A stretch of DNA of 64,000 bases, taken from an uncultured SAR86 cluster bacterium. GTDB taxonomy: Bacteria; Pseudomonadota; Gammaproteobacteria; Magnimaribacterales; D2472. The stretch covers positions 77,529 through 141,528 of the forward strand of contig CACJJI010000004.1 in the NCBI GenBank assembly GCA_902593675.1, written 5' to 3'. Each line of letters starts with the position of its first letter. The first letter of the stretch is position 1. Made by a program: the position numbers and the translations under genes. Positions 62,606 to 64,000 of this stretch are shown piece after piece. Under the pieces are notes generated by a model. It saw only the letters and a program-made list of their open reading frames with translations, did not search any database and had not been told where the DNA came from.

Positions 62606-63751
62606 ATGAAAAATAATATATTTTTAAGCATTGTTTTTGTGCTGATTTCTTCGTGCTCAACATTAGCTTTCTGGGAAGATGATTCAGATGATGAGGTGAT
62701 TGAACCCGTTGCTCTTCAGTCTTTTAAGAATGAATATCCTTTTTCCATAGAATGGAAAAAATCTTTTAAAGGAGAAAATGCCTTAGGGTCTTTTAGACCC
62801 TCCTTTTACTCAGGAAATATGCTGGTTGCTGATCCAGAGGGAAATATTTTTTCAATCAATCCTCAATCTGGGAAAGAGAATTGGAAAATTAATCTTGACC
62901 GTGAGTTAGCTGCAGGTGTTTCTTCAGGTTTTGGTAAATTAATTGTTTCAGACCTTAATGGTTTCGTTATTGCAATTGACTCAGATACGCAAGAAACTGT
63001 TTGGGAGAAGAATATTGGCGGTGAAGTTTTATCTAATGCAGTTGTTAGCGCCTCATTAGTTCTTGCAAAAAATTCTGTGGGTGAATTAGTTGCTTTGAGT
63101 TCCTTGTCAGGAGAAAAAAAATGGTCTTTTAGATCACAATTACCAGCTTTAACTGTTCGGGGAACAGGTGAATCTATAATTGAAAATGGCATAGTTTTTT
63201 CTACTTTTGATAACGGGCGACTTGGAGCTTTTCAGCTGGAAACAGGCTTTTTTCTTTGGGATGCACCTATCTCTTTTGTAGAGGGCTCATCAGAGCTTGA
63301 GAATTTAATAGATGCTGATTCTGCCCCAGTTATAGCAAAGCAATTAATTTTTGCTACTAATTATCAAGGTAATTTAACAGCATTTGATATTGCCCAGAAG
63401 AGGCCGGTATGGAATGCAAATGCTTCGTCATTTTACTCTCCGATTGTGGCAAATAACATGATAATGGTAATTCAAGATGATGGGTCAATTCTCTCATTTT
63501 CTCTTTCCAATTTATCACCCTCATGGACATCTGAGGAGTACTTAAGAAGACAGCTATCAAGCGGAGTTGCATATAAAAATTTGTTATTGGTTGGTGATTT
63601 AGATGGTTACGTTCATGCAATAAATCCAATGACAGGAATTACAGTAGGGAGAAAAAAAGTATCTGGAAACCCCATAATGAATCTTGTTGCTTTTAGAGAT
63701 CTTGCATATGTTATTGATAAGGAATCTAATATAGTTGCAATTAAGCTCTAA
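62606..63751 (+). CDS. bamB: Outer membrane assembly lipoprotein BamB
   Basis: Lipobox ISSC, PQQ-like repeats, [17 protein letters not shown]. Confidence 0.88.
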   Translation: MKNNIFLSIVFVLISSCSTLAFWEDDSDDEVIEPVALQSFKNEYPFSIEWKKSFKGENALGSFRPSFYSGNMLVADPEGNIFSINPQSGKENWKINLDRELAAGVSSGFGKLIVSDLNGFVIAIDSDTQETVWEKNIGGEVLSNAVVSASLVLAKNSVGELVALSSLSGEKKWSFRSQLPALTVRGTGESIIENGIVFSTFDNGRLGAFQLETGFFLWDAPISFVEGSSELENLIDADSAPVIAKQLIFATNYQGNLTAFDIAQKRPVWNANASSFYSPIVANNMIMVIQDDGSILSFSLSNLSPSWTSEEYLRRQLSSGVAYKNLLLVGDLDGYVHAINPMTGITVGRKKVSGNPIMNLVAFRDLAYVIDKESNIVAIKL

Positions 63752-63765
63752 AATGCCTTTTCAAA

Positions 63766-64000
63766 ATGTTAAATTCAATTGCAATCCTTGGAAGACCCAA
63801 TGTAGGGAAGTCTTCATTATTTAATAAGCTAACAAAAAGCAGAAATGCAATTGTTTCTGATTTTTCAGGACTGACTAAAGATAGAAACTTTGGTTACGCC
63901 ACATTTAAAGATCACCAATATCTCGTAATTGATACAGGTGGAGTCGGCTCTGAGATTACAGAATTTAGTGCAGCCATTACTGAACAGGCACTGATAGCAG
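63766..64000 (+). CDS. der: Ribosome biogenesis GTPase Der (EngA), 3'-truncated by window edge
   Basis: Manual translation [23 protein letters not shown]...GLTKDR...IDTGG; follows bamB. Confidence 0.93.
   Translation, partial: MLNSIAILGRPNVGKSSLFNKLTKSRNAIVSDFSGLTKDRNFGYATFKDHQYLVIDTGGVGSEITEFSAAITEQALIA

Overview
This is a low-GC, extremely compact core-genome segment from a streamlined gammaproteobacterium. Gene order resembles Pseudomonas with many deletions, and a marine SAR86-like lineage is my inference. In order, it holds zapE (partial), rplM-rpsI, petABC-sspA, an lpoA-like gene and rsmI, RNase P RNA, a rearranged dcw cluster with ftsZ between mraZ and rsmH, rpsF-rpsR-rplI-dnaB-alr, a diiron ferritin-like gene, pyrG-kdsA-eno-ftsB-ispDF-surE-pcm-DUF368-nlpD, fdxA, recA with a LexA box, a thiolase, a short proS, and aspS-yebC. 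It continues with the tol-pal cluster, tRNA-Lys, an NTT-like transporter, bepA/perM/bcp, dapA-bamC-purC, an isc operon without hscBA, and ndk-rlmN-rodZ-ispG-hisS-yfgM-bamB-der (partial). I saw no mobile elements or CRISPR arrays. The top observation is at 42405-42827, where the conserved ruvC-ruvA-ruvB slot holds a single Hjc/phage-type PD-(D/E)XK Holliday junction resolvase-like gene instead. All calls come from motif recognition and remembered synteny; no database searches were run.
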